A stretch of 64,000 nt of DNA from Chlorokybus atmophyticus (Eukaryota; Plantae; Mesostigma and Chlorokybus algae): contig RHPI01002910.1 in assembly GCA_009103225.1 (NCBI GenBank), positions 364,678 through 428,677 of the forward strand. The letters are read 5' to 3'. Below are positions 1 to 15,457 of this stretch, piece after piece (positions within the stretch are counted from its first letter, which is position 1; every line of letters begins with the position of its first letter). Under the pieces are notes generated by a model. That model saw only the letters and a list, made by a program, of their open reading frames with translations, was not told the DNA's origin and made no database searches. Both the position numbers and the translations under genes were made by a program.

Positions 1-277
1 CGCGGGGTCTCCCTTGCAGGCGTATTGTTGCGATTGGGGGGTCCTTCCTTGATGTATGGTGGCCTTACATGCCATGTGCGCGAGTACAAGGCTCCATGTT
101 TTTCGTTGGGATGATGCAGAGTGTTGAGTACTTCGCTGGCTTAATCCCTGTGTGTGTGTCTAATACAGATGGCCCAACGATGAGGTTACCAAAGCCGCTG
201 GAGCGTAGACTAGACCTCGCATAGGTGTACGAGTACTGTAGGTGTAGGAGTAGAAGTACAAGTCGGCAACAGCGCGC

Positions 278-1468
278 ATGTTGGCACGGATGCAAATGAC
301 GCAGACGGCGACAACCACGACGCTAGCCCCAGGTGGCGCGTCGACTTCGACATGGGGCGCGAGCTGGACCGTGGCGTGCCCGTGCGGCGTGGACTACGAC
401 GATGGCGAGGAGATGATTGAGTGCGACGAATGCAACGTGTGGGTCCACACCGCCTGCGCCCGCGTGGACCCCACGCGCTGCGGCACCTTTCGCTGCGCCC
501 GCTGCCGAGGCGTGCCCGACACCCCACTTGGCTTGAAGCGAGAACATGAAGGCGGACGAGGAGACAGTGATGAGGGTGGAGGAGAACGAGCTCTGAAGCA
601 AGGCACGCCCCAGCGCACCATTTCGCGCACGTTCTCCTCGCAGTTGTGGAAGAGCACGGGGCTCGTACCGAAAAGCGTGAGCTTGCCACGCGAGTACATC
701 AGCAACGGCAACGGCACGCCGCAGCAGCAACAAGCGCTCACTCCCAAAGTGGAAGACACTAGTGAAAGTCAAGCCGGAGATGACTCCAACGTACTCGACC
801 ATGCTGCCAAGCCAGCCACCCCCAAGCTTGGCACGGCATCCACGCCCACGCCTGCCCTGGTGGAGAGGAACCCCAAGAGCATGAAAGCCATGGCCGTTGC
901 CGAATACATGCGCACGGCCAACAAGAAGAAGTGCGCCAATTGCCACACTTCCAACACGCCGGTACGCATGTGCCCACTCGCGTTGCTGTTATGCATGCAT
1001 TGTGGTAGCATCGCTCTTGTTGAAATGGCTTGCATTGCAGATGTGGAGGAAAGGCTTCAGTGGGGACCGGGCTGTGACGCTTTGCAACGCGTGCGGGCTT
1101 CGCTTTAAGAAGAACAAGTTCTGTCCCTTTTGCTACCATATGTGTTACGAAAATGACGACCCCGACAACGCCAACAATATGAACAGCGGTAGAGACAGCC
1201 CTTGGCTCGGGTGCACCGTGTGTGGCAGATGGGTGCACAAGTCCTGCCATCAACAACACTGCCCAAGCCCTGGCTCTGGTACGTGTTAATGCTTGTGCTT
1301 TTTTGCTCTTGCTGTGGACGCCTTCTGACAGCATTGTGTGCATGCTATGTACTGGGTTAAGCGCAGCTTGTGACAGTTACTTGCCTTGCAGTGAAGAGGT
1401 TGCGACCTGACTGCGATTTGCGGTTGGAACCCAACGCAAGTGCCAGTGATGAGGACAAGGCATCGTGA
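278..1468 (+). CDS. PHD finger + GATA zinc finger + second PHD-like finger protein (spliced; 3' end uncertain, extra exons to about 1900 possible)
   Basis: PHD: CPCGVDYDDGEEMIECDECNVWVHTAC...CARC. GT-AG intron 962-1040 joins CANCHTSNTP to MWRKGFSGDRAVTLCNACGLR (GATA CX2CX20CX2C). Then CPFC...WLGCTVCGRWVHKSC. Putative last exon 1392-1468 ends in TGA. Confidence 0.75.
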
Positions 1469-2341
1469 CAACAAGCATGGTGCAACTGGCGGAATGCATG
1501 CATTGGCTTCTCAAGGTGGTTGAAGAGCTGCCAAGTCAACCCTGTGACGGTTCAAGCCAAGTAAGAGCCACTGGTGGTGGCATTCATGGTTGTGAAGACG
1601 TCTGGTTCCCAAGTTGCACTGTCGTGCAGGTCAGGCGCAATGGGCAACACAAGTTGCCGTGCGTGCTGACTGAAAGGTGCAGTGGCTCTGTTGAGCTGCA
1701 GCTGGCTTGGGGTGCATATCTGCCTGAGGAGCCGCTCAAGCCATGGGTGAGTTGATCGTCTGTATCAACGGAACAAGTCTCTGTCGGGAGCAGGCGATCT
1801 GAACTTGGTCCTGTTGTAACAGGTGCTGTCTACAATGACCATGCCACTCACTGCAAGCAGACTGGTTGATACTTCTCCTGCCATGCAACACAGGTTGCAA
1901 GGTATGGTACCAAAAGCTACTGCGTCGACTTAGGTTGAAATCTTACTTAGGCTGTAGCGCGCATGTGCAGAATACCAGAATACGGTAGGTGTGCCCAGCA
2001 GCCATCTTAAATTATTGATGGGGGCAGCTGTACTGCATCAGTCCAGCTGCCTTGATTAAAACCTGCCCATCTCATAACCACTGTGTACAAACGGCACCAA
2101 CTGACCTGTGTGATTTCATATACATGAATTTGTCCTAAGGCACACCTACATGCGAATCACGCGCTTCCATTCATCACAAAGTACACTGTCTTCTCACCCA
2201 CATCTTCCCTACCAACAATTCACTCCAATGCTTTTCAAGCCAGTGCACGCTTCAATCATGCACCAGAACTACACCGTGTGTAGCATCTACTCGCAAAAAT
2301 GAAAAAATACCACGACTGCCGGTACAAGTCAATGGACTTGA

Positions 2342-4649
2342 TCATGGCAGTGTGGGTACGTACGTTTGGGGCGGTTCCAGCAAACCGCAGTTGCTGATGA
2401 CCACAGCCTTGAGGGGTCTGTACCATGACTTACGTGCCTGCTCAGCCCGATTATCGCCAAGGATGCTTGCAAACTCATTGAACTGCCGAATCTTCTCATT
2501 GGGCAAGAAGACTGGTACAGCAGCAATCTGCGTCACCACATCCATGCCTTCCAAGACTGTGCCAAACACAATGTTCTGTCCATCCAAAGAAGGAACCGGA
2601 CCTGGACCTGTTCACAACCATCACAGCATGTGTTACCACTGAGTGGCTGTTTGATATCAGCTCCGATGCAGTTGCGCAAGAATTGAAGCTGGCCCAACAG
2701 ACAAGTCCCACAAGACCCCTAATGTTGCAATGGAAACATCAGAAGTGTAGTGAGCATGATCAAGGGCAAACCTGTCGTGATAAGAAATCCAGTGTTGCGA
2801 TACCCTCCCTCCAAAATTGTTGAGTCCTCATCATCATTCACGGACAACGCCAGAGAAACTGTTCCTGGTCTCCTGCAGCATCACAAGTTATGAGCCAGCA
2901 TGATAATTGGCTTGCTCAAGTTGTACACAACACCCATGTCAACTGGTCTAATAAGGAGCAAAGTCAACACAGAGCATGAGAAACTGCTGCACTCGCAACC
3001 ACGCATGTACAGTACCTGTGAGGGAGCTTGTACGCTTGCGGTGACAGAATATCTGGGTTCGACCCCTGTCCTGAAGGCGATTCCACCTGACCCATGCGTT
3101 TACGGCCTTGTTTGCCAGCCTAATATTAAGGTAATTACCAAACAACAGTTGGCAATACGCCAAACTTTTGAATTGCACGTGCACACAAAGGCACCACATC
3201 AAGCAAGTGCTGTCTGCTTGGTCTGCGAGGTAGCACAAAACAACTCTGTGGTACCTCGAAGACCAAGCAGACCAAGCAGATCAAGCAAACAGCACGCATT
3301 TCACAAGGCGGCGTTGGCATGCTCAAGCAAGTACACCTCAGGATAAGATTCAATGCAAATGTAAAGCAACATGCAATATGAATGTGTATGCTCCGTGCAG
3401 TTGCTAGCTCACCTGAATATACTGGCCTGGAATAATGCGATGCACGATTGTCCCTTTGTAAGTGGAGCCAGAACGACCCGTGCAGAGGTTGACAAAATTT
3501 TCTACAGTGTTGGGAGCAACGCGGCCGTACAGACCGATAACAATGCGGCCCAATGGTTCGCCGTCTGTACACTGTATCGTCTGAGAACCGAGCGTGCGGT
3601 CCTCAACTGTGGCCGTAGGACACAGCGACAAATCAAAGAACACCTGTGGGCGCGTTGATTCCATCATGTAAGCAGTTGCAATTCAATACACACAACAGCT
3701 TAATTGCATGCCCATTGGCAAAGCTGCTCATTACCCGCTTTGTTACTGTGGTGTCTGGAGCCTTCTCTGTTGGTGCTTTCTGCTTTTCTGGAGGAGAGGG
3801 AACTGGTTGAGGCGGCGCCGTTGGTGTCTCTGATGTAGTCGTGGTAGTGGTGGTGGTCTCTGCTGCTGGTGCTGGTGCTGGAGAAGTCTCAGTGACTGGC
3901 GTCACTGGACTTTGAGGTGCGACGTCCATTGGGGTCTGAGGTGCAACATCTACTAAAGGTGCGGCAGCAGCAGGAGAGTCTTCCGCCGCATGTGCAATGC
4001 GAGCAACGGACGGCCACACCAGCGCTGCGGCAGCCGCACTCAGGACTTCTCTTCTCCGTGCAGCACCCGCTTCATTGTTCTGTGTAACAGGTGACACTAT
4101 GGTAAATCTTTAACAACACGTCAGAGTCGATTCACGAAGTGCCATAGTGGTGTCGAGAGTTGCTGTGTGTTTAGACACTCTATTCGGGCAGCATGCATGA
4201 GCCTCAACCAGCACGGCTGGTGCTTGAAGTCGTACAAAACTGCTTAAACGAGCTATTGCGACGTTAAGTTGTGAATGCACAGTTGTGAATGCACAGCAAT
4301 TGAAGTGACGGCTGCATTGCATGCGAGCATGCACGCATGGCTAACAAACATGCCTGTGGGCTGGTAGATCTTTCCGCCCGCACAACGACGGCATGCCTCC
4401 TGCCCATAAGTAACAAAGCGAGACAAGAATGTCAGTACCATCCGGGCCTACCATGGCCCAAACACGCAGTGACATGACCAGACAGCCGTGCCTGCAGACC
4501 CCGCACCTCAGTAACGACGGCATTCCTGGCCGCGGCGCCTTCGCCGGCAGCCCCCGGGACTTCGCAGCCGAGGCTTGCAAAGTGCTGACGACGGCGAACT
4601 TCCCCAACGCCGCCGCGGTCGACGTCGCCGCCGCTGCCGTGGCCCCCAT
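2342..4649 (-). CDS. CYP28: Thylakoid-lumen cyclophilin, CYP28-like peptidyl-prolyl isomerase (multi-exon)
   Basis: Transit peptide [14 protein letters not shown]..., lumenal signal [16 protein letters not shown]...AHA, cyclophilin exons VFFDLSLC...[20 protein letters not shown] and [19 protein letters not shown]-terminus [27 protein letters not shown]...PTLP typical of plant CYP28. Confidence 0.85.
3212..3272. repeat. Intronic inverted repeat, 21-bp arms with 1 mismatch
   Basis: GTCTGCTTGGTCTGCGAGGTA (3212-3232) pairs with TACCTCGAAGACCAAGCAGAC (3252-3272). Confidence 0.8.
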
Positions 4650-4698
4650 CTTCCTGCCCGCCACGTGGCATAGATCGCCAGAAAACCCTAACTCAGCG

Positions 4699-4792
4699 GG
4701 TTCACTGAACGGATTTCGATTCACGCTGATCCACGTCTAACATCAACAACTGAACTCAGTGAACCTGTCAAACACAGCAGCGGTTCGGTTCA
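4699..4792. promoter_or_regulatory. Cluster of GGTTCA/TGAAC motifs in the divergent promoter between CYP28 and the acid phosphatase
   Basis: GGTTC(A) at 4699, 4782, 4787; TGAAC(C) at 4706, 4751, 4760. Function is inferred from position only. Confidence 0.3.
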
Positions 4793-5011
4793 CGGTTAGC
4801 GCCCCATCGCATTTGCCCCCACCTCCGCGGTTAAAGTGCACTTCAACATTCAGCTTCCCCATCAGCTAACTGCATTGTGGCATCAGTTTTGTGTGCTTAC
4901 GCTGAATATACTGTTTTGGTGTGTGCTTGTGGCCGGGCGGTGGCGGTGGTGTGGCTGTGCTTGTCCACGAGGTTGGCAGGGGCTTGGGTGAGCTAGTCTT
5001 GGTGCGTCAGT

Positions 5012-8677
<3,666 letters not shown>

Positions 8678-9332
8678 TTTTCATAGCTGAGTGTGTTTTG
8701 GTTGTGTGTAGTCAATGTCTTTGTAGGGTTGTGTATCCTCACCTGGTTGGTGAAGTTGAATATTCCGGCAAGGAGGCAGCATCACCCCAGCACAGCCGTG
8801 CTGTTATATTGTACATTACATTCAAGTTGTTTGGGAGGTGGGTACATGCTGTTGACATCTGCTGGAGTGTGCATCATCAGGGCTGCCATACTTGTGCTGT
8901 TGCGGTAACCACAAGATTACATCACTCACCAATACAAAGATGCGCTCAGTGAAAAACGCCTCACAAACGAACATGTCATGATGACAACATCATGAATACC
9001 AGTTCACAAGCCTTGGAACACCATGAAAATAAGCCACTTGCACCCTTCCCACGACGAGCACCGGTATGACTGGCGTATGTGAGTCAGCTTTTACCAACTG
9101 CATGACTGTGTGCTATTATCAGCTCCATCAGTGAGCAAAAACGTCTGTCTGTTTAGAATGATATGATTACATAGACGTTGCATGTCGCAGCATGTGATAG
9201 CATAGAACCCAAGAGGCGCATTCTTACATCCAGGGCATGCGGGGAAGGCCCACCAGCTGAAGCATGTGCTTGGCATGCAAGCAGTTGTCATCGTCCTCCT
9301 CGGCGGCGGTGTAGGCGGCTGGGGTGCTGACC

Positions 9333-11564
9333 ATGCGGTCGTCGTGGGCGCAGGTTGTCCGCGCCGCCCGCCTGGTCAATGGTGGTGCCACTGAGGGTGC
9401 CGTCATCAGCAGGGGAGCTGCAAGCCTTGGTTTCACTGCTGCAGCGTCAAGCAGTAGCAGCATCTGCTGCAGCCACAGTGCTGCTGCTGCCGCCGCAGCA
9501 GCCGCGGCGTTGAGGTTGTCCTCTTCATTGCTGCAGCCCGTATGGCGCAGCTTCTCCAGCGCAGCTTATGCCAGCAGCAGCAGCGGCAGTACAGCCTTCC
9601 AGCCTCACCTTACTGAGGTAGGCGTTGGTTGGAACAACTTGGTTTGCACGCAAAATTCATCGCAGCAGTGGCTGTTTGCGCTTCGTGTGTGTCTGGTTAA
9701 TCGCCTCAGAACTGTAGTCATTAGTCTGAACTCTCATTGTGCTGTGCACCTTACCATCGCCACCCAACTGCAATTCCTAAGAGTCCTGAGAAGTAAGAAG
9801 CAAGTATGTCTTTTGTGTAGTGCACAGAAGACATGCATTTCCATAAACATACTCACAGGCACGCACACAGACATGCTTGCGCGTGCATGCCATTGTAGTC
9901 ACACTGTATGTATGTATGGAACGACTAGAGACAGCATGCGTCCAGCACTGCTTTACATGAAGCGCTGAGTGAGTAAGTTGTGGCTTCCAACAAAATGTTG
10001 CTCACACGGTTCAAGCACTCAACAGCATTCATCCTTGAAGTAATATTAAGATGCAGCAGTGTCACTGATGCCAGGTTGAATAATGCCAGGGGTCTCTCGT
10101 GTGCAGCTTCTGAGCCGGGTAAAGTTGGACCCGCGTTCATGGCGACCGACGCAGAGAAACCTCACACTTCAGTTCGCAAGCAGGTTAAAATAAAATTCAA
10201 ATTCACACACCCCAGCACACGTCGTCTCAACTTAAGTCACCTCCTCAGCATTGCATATGATGTCTCAAGTTCTCTCGTTGCATACTTGACGAGACTCCGT
10301 TCTTCTCATCTGCGCTTACAACATAGAAGCACCTGCTCAGTACACTAAGACTTGTCGTGACAACATGCAATGTCTGCTCAATGAGCTGCTTGTGTCGCTG
10401 CTTTGGTCTTCTTCATTATTTGGTTGACTGCATGCAGACGACAGCTGGAGCCTAAGCATGTGCTTTATGGGTTGATAGCTGCCAATGCGGCAGTGTTCGG
10501 GGCGTGGCAAGTTGTGGACAAACAGTTCATGCAAAGACACTTTGCGGTACTGATATTATCTCGCCTGTTTCTTTGCCACCTGTTTGAGTGTGTGTGCTCG
10601 CGCGCGTTTGTGTACTGATGCGTGTACACATCTCGGCAGGTGTCCATTGAGAACATTCGCTCGCACAGGTACCATACATTAGTTACAAGCTGCTTCAGCC
10701 AGATGGAAATCTGGCACCTCGCAGCCAACATGTTGGGACTCTACTTCTTTGGCGTAGAGGTCAGAGAACAACAACTAGTCAAGTAACTTTCCCTGCATGC
10801 ATGCCCGCATCCCGATTTGACATGCGGTTAAGTTGCATTATCCCAACAGCTGGCAATGTTGTACGGAGGAAACTACCTGCTCAACCTCTATCTCGCGGGC
10901 GGGGTTGCCGGCAGTATTGCCCACTTGGCTCATCAGTGGTACAAAGCGCGCAAGATGGGGTATGACCCAAGGTGGACATCGCCGGCACTGGTATGGTTGT
11001 GTGCATCAGTCAATCCTTGTGTGTGTGCGCGCGCGCATGCGCATATGCCCGCGTGTGTGTGTTGGACACACATAGACGCAAACACAACACAATGCTCGTC
11101 ACTGGTAACAGGGTGCGAGTGGAGCCGTCAACGCCATCGTGATCAACAACGTGCTGTTGTTCCCTTGGCGCATAGTGTACATCAACTTTTTCATCCCTGT
11201 GCCTGCTATACTGTTGGTAAGTTGGACAATGAGGACAAGAGCACTCACATTGTATGTGTTCACACTCGCACAAAGTCGTGTGGGTACCTCATGTTGCTAA
11301 TGACTTGTGCACGCCATCGGCAGGGTTTGTTGTATCTCTCAAAGGACTTCTTCGGTATGCGATCGGTAAGTTGCTGTCTCAACGTTAGACTTGCAGCAGT
11401 TGGATGCGTGTTAGCCCATTCCAGCCTGTAGTTGGTTTGCATCTACAATGTTCGTGCTGTGTTAACTGCAGAGTGTGGAGTCGGGCATTGGACACGCTGC
11501 GCACTTAGGTGGGGCTGCAACTGGTGCCATTGTGTGGGCGATGCGAAGATTTCGGTATCGGTAG
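9333..11564 (+). CDS. Rhomboid intramembrane serine protease, PARL/mitochondrial type (multi-exon)
   Basis: Arg/Ser/Ala-rich presequence MRSSWAQVVRAARL; exons YGLIAANAAVFGAWQ, HTLVTSCFSQMEIWHLAANML, catalytic GASGAV, and IGHAAHLGGAATG; stop TAG 11562-11564. Confidence 0.85.
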
Positions 11565-12415
11565 CTGGCGTGGCACCAATGTGCCACGCCAGCTACTATG
11601 TAAGATAATACTCATGACTCATTGCTTTGAATAGAACACACTGTTGTATGTCTGCGTTTGTGCGCAAGGCGCAGCACTTAACGATGCTGTGGTTGTCATG
11701 GCGACATTACAGCGTAGCTGAATTTGCTGAGGTAAAGGTTGTGATGCCTCGACCTGTTTATGCAAGCAACAGTGTGCACTACTTGAATGCCTGATAAAAG
11801 AGTTTGTACCATGTACATAATTGCACCGCATGCTATGGAAGATTTGGCACAATGGTTGTTATTAGCTGTTGGTGCGCTGCGGTGGAATTGAAGCTGTGGT
11901 GGTTGCACACCGGCAGTGTGTGGGTGCACACTGCAAACAGCGCTTTTGTCAGTGTGTGGGTGCAGCTCAGTCATCATGTGTGCTTTCTCCGGCACCATCA
12001 CTCTGTCACATGCTCAATGTAAGACAACAGTTCCTGTGCCAAGCGGGCAAGGAGAACAAGATACTTTGACCTGCTGTAGTGTATTTGCAGGTGTTTCGGG
12101 ATGTTTGTGCTTGGTTGTTTATCACGTTTATATTCCTGGGTACAGGCCTTGAAGGGTTTTCTTGTTTACTTTGTGTAGTTTGGTTGGATGAAGCATTTTG
12201 GCAACCTCCACTTTTCATAATAACCAGCACAGACCAGCACAGGCACACCCGAGTGTCCACACGTTTTACAACAGTGTATTACTACAGCAAAAGGAATCCA
12301 TTTACAGGTTTCTTTTGCGCTTAACAACGGGGGGAAATAACGTGGTTCCGACAACAACTTACACCGTTTCGTACCATCCTACTTATTACGCACTACAGTA
12401 AGTGGCAGGCCGCGT

Positions 12416-14886
12416 CTACTTAGGGTCAATGGACAAAACAACGCGGAAACGGGCCTCATTGGACATCATTTTGTTATACGCATCCTCACACTTGTCCAAC
12501 GGAAACACCTGCACGTGAGATACACTTGTCATTGAGAGCAAGCACACACGTGCAGCTCACACAATGCAACATGCCAACAGACAAAAATATCAATGGCTTC
12601 ACCTCAATCATGGGCTTAACGCCAGCTAACGCGGCAAAGCTGAGGCAATCCTCTGAATCGGTGGCCTTGCCAGAGGGGTGGCCCACGATGCTGCGGCGGC
12701 CGCTGATCAGATGAATGGGACTCACTTCAATGGGCTCCATGGAAGCACCCACCTGCGCACCAGTCTTTTGTCAACACTGGTGCTGGCAAAATGCACATGC
12801 ATGCACGCAATGGTAGTAGCTCAGCACATCCTCTTTAGCAATTCATCTAAATTGACACAATAGCAAGACTTGATACATGCCAATCCTGTAATATGCATGT
12901 GAGTGAAGTGGTTTGTTGAGGTACGCAGTTGGGACTTACGATGACACACTGGCCATTGACACCGAGTGCGGGTAGTATCTCGCTCATGGCCTTTGCATTC
13001 GTGACGGTGGTGATGATGACACGAGCACCGCCCAGCTTCTGCAAAACATAAGCACAATGAGCACAACAACCAATGCAGGGTTTGTCTTCAGATATCAAGA
13101 CAAGCATGACAACTGTCTCCCATGAACAAGCAGCACAGGTCCACAAGTGACTTGCACAACATCAAAAAAAGCACAGCAGAGATGAAGTGTTCGTGCCTGC
13201 AGCTCTTCAACAACATTCTCCTTGTTGGAGTCCAGGTAGCGATGCGCACCGAGCTTGAGCGCGAGCTCCTTCTTAGAGTCCCCGCGTGCAACAGCAATGG
13301 TGTGGAATCCCATCGCGCGGGCAAACTGGACGCCAAGATGACCGAGGCCACCGATACCCTGAAATAAATAAAAGTGAACAAACATGCATTGACGTGAGCA
13401 CAAGTGCTGCACCCATTGTGGGATTGTGTGATTATGTGAAGGTGGTGTTATACAAGCAGCAAGTAGTCACCTGCACAACGACTATGTCGCCAGCCACCGC
13501 CTTGCTTTGACGCAAACCATTGTACACAGTAACACCTGCATTAAGCAAGCGCGATGTAACGACTGATACTGAAGGCTGATTAATAAACAATGCCATGTGT
13601 GCAATGCAAGAACAAAGAAAGACACACCTGCGCACATCAACGGGCCCGCTTCTTCAAAAGACAGCGCATCCGGAATCCGCGCAAGGGCAGACTCTTTGGC
13701 AATTGCATACTCTCCATAACTGCAGCAGCAGCAGTGTTAGTGTTAGCATCATCAGCAAAGCCTTCACAAAATGCTTAGTTGAAGTAGTGTTTCGCAAGCG
13801 CAAGCTTACCCTCCGTCAAGGTGGATGCCAGTAACTTTAAGCGATGTGCAGCAGACGGAATCGCCTTCTCTGCACGAGCGACACTCGCCGCACTCCTCAC
13901 CGAGCCAGCCGACACCGACACGGTCTCCCGCCTTGAAGACAGTTACACCTGAACGACACAAAGCATGTTGGGATTCTGAAACGGGAAAACGAAGATTGCT
14001 TGGCAACATGTGACGTGCAGCATGAGTGCCACCACCAACCAGTGAGCCATCACACCAACTTCTTCTCTCACACTAGCATACTGCCACAACTGCCTCTCCC
14101 CAGAGCCTGCCAATCTCCTCTCTCGTTAATTTTTCTCAGCTCCTCGAGAGTGTCACTAAACAGCAGTGTGCCCGCGAGTCAACACCGCTGCTGCTGGCGT
14201 GGCACAATTCTCCCTTTCTTTCAAGGCCATCTCCCCATCAACCACCAGCTCACTCGCAAAACCTCTCCCGCATTCATCCTCAAGAATGTCACGACACAGC
14301 AGCATACGCATATATGTGTGCGCGTGCACACATGAGCACATGCACATCTCCACGCGTGCGTGCGTCAGCAAAAGTGCAACATGCTGACTGGTCGCCAGCG
14401 ACACACACGCAGGCACACGCGTGCAGACACATACACACGCGCACACACGCACGCATACAGCAGTAAGCAACCAGCAAGCATTCTGCAACATGGTTGCAAA
14501 CCTTCGCCAACGGACTCAATCACGCCAGCAATCTCATGCCCTGGTATGCGCGGCAGCGACATGCCCGGGTAAGCCCCGTACTTGGTGAAGCTGTCCGAAT
14601 GGCAGATGCCGCATGCTTTCACCTTGATCAACACTTTGCCTGTTACAAAACACAACAGCAAGCTGAGCAGCAAGCTGGCTAAAAGCATCAACACTATTTG
14701 CCGAGCTCACGACAGTCGTTCTGTATACAAGTGCAATATGCTGCTTTGAGGTGTGCACAGCGTAACAAAACCCTGGAACAAGACACGTGTCTTACCAGGG
14801 GGTGGTTGCTCAAGCGGTTTCTCCACCTTTTGGAAGCTCGCGTTGGCCTCTGGAATATTGTATGCCTTGTATGTTGCCGGCGCCAT
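12416..14886 (-). CDS. Zinc-dependent medium-chain alcohol dehydrogenase (CAD-like)
   Basis: CGICHSD, PGHE, structural Zn CGECRSCREGDSVCC, NAD-binding GIGGLGHLGVQFARAMG, C-terminus VFPLDKCEDAYNKMMSNEARFRVVLSIDPK. Confidence 0.9.
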
Positions 14887-14980
14887 CTTTGCTGACTGCA
14901 GACACAAACACACCATGACAAAATGCACAGCATGAAAGCGCTCCAGCAACTAGACAGAAGTCGAGCGACACTTTGACCTC

Positions 14981-15020
14981 GCATGCATGCTGGTGGGGTG
15001 GCCCCCACCAGCATGCATGC
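14981..15020. repeat. Perfect 18-bp inverted repeat with a 4-nt loop, about 95 nt upstream of the ADH start
   Basis: GCATGCATGCTGGTGGGG-TGGC-CCCCACCAGCATGCATGC. Confidence 0.9.
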
Positions 15021-15457
15021 CAGCTAGCCACAAAACAACTGACGGCAAGGATGCTTGCAAGAGGGCATTACAACTTAACCAGCACAAATCAAACACGGGT
15101 GCCAACCACGCCACTCACCTCACCACCGTCGCCGCTGACAATGGCAACCACGACAACAACTGCAGTTGCAGGCAACTTGCAGCACTGAGTGCGACAACAA
15201 AACGTACAAGGTGGACAAGTGCTCAGTGCCATCATTGCGAGTGCCATGTCATGTGTGTACTGTGCAGTACAGGCTGTACTGTAACATACGGAAGATCTCT
15301 CTAGAAGGCAGATCATCTGTGAACCAAAGTTGAACACGCTTATCGTGCGGATCAGTGCTTTAGTGAGTTGTTGAGTCAATGTCGGTGCAAGGATTGTCGT
15401 AGTGTCAGCGTTTCAAACCTTAAGCGTCGGCGCAAAGCAGGCTTGTCATTGCTGTGC

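Noticed and set aside
1-295. ORF 65-295 (-) as a gene end
   Set aside because: No motif recognised and too little context at the window edge.
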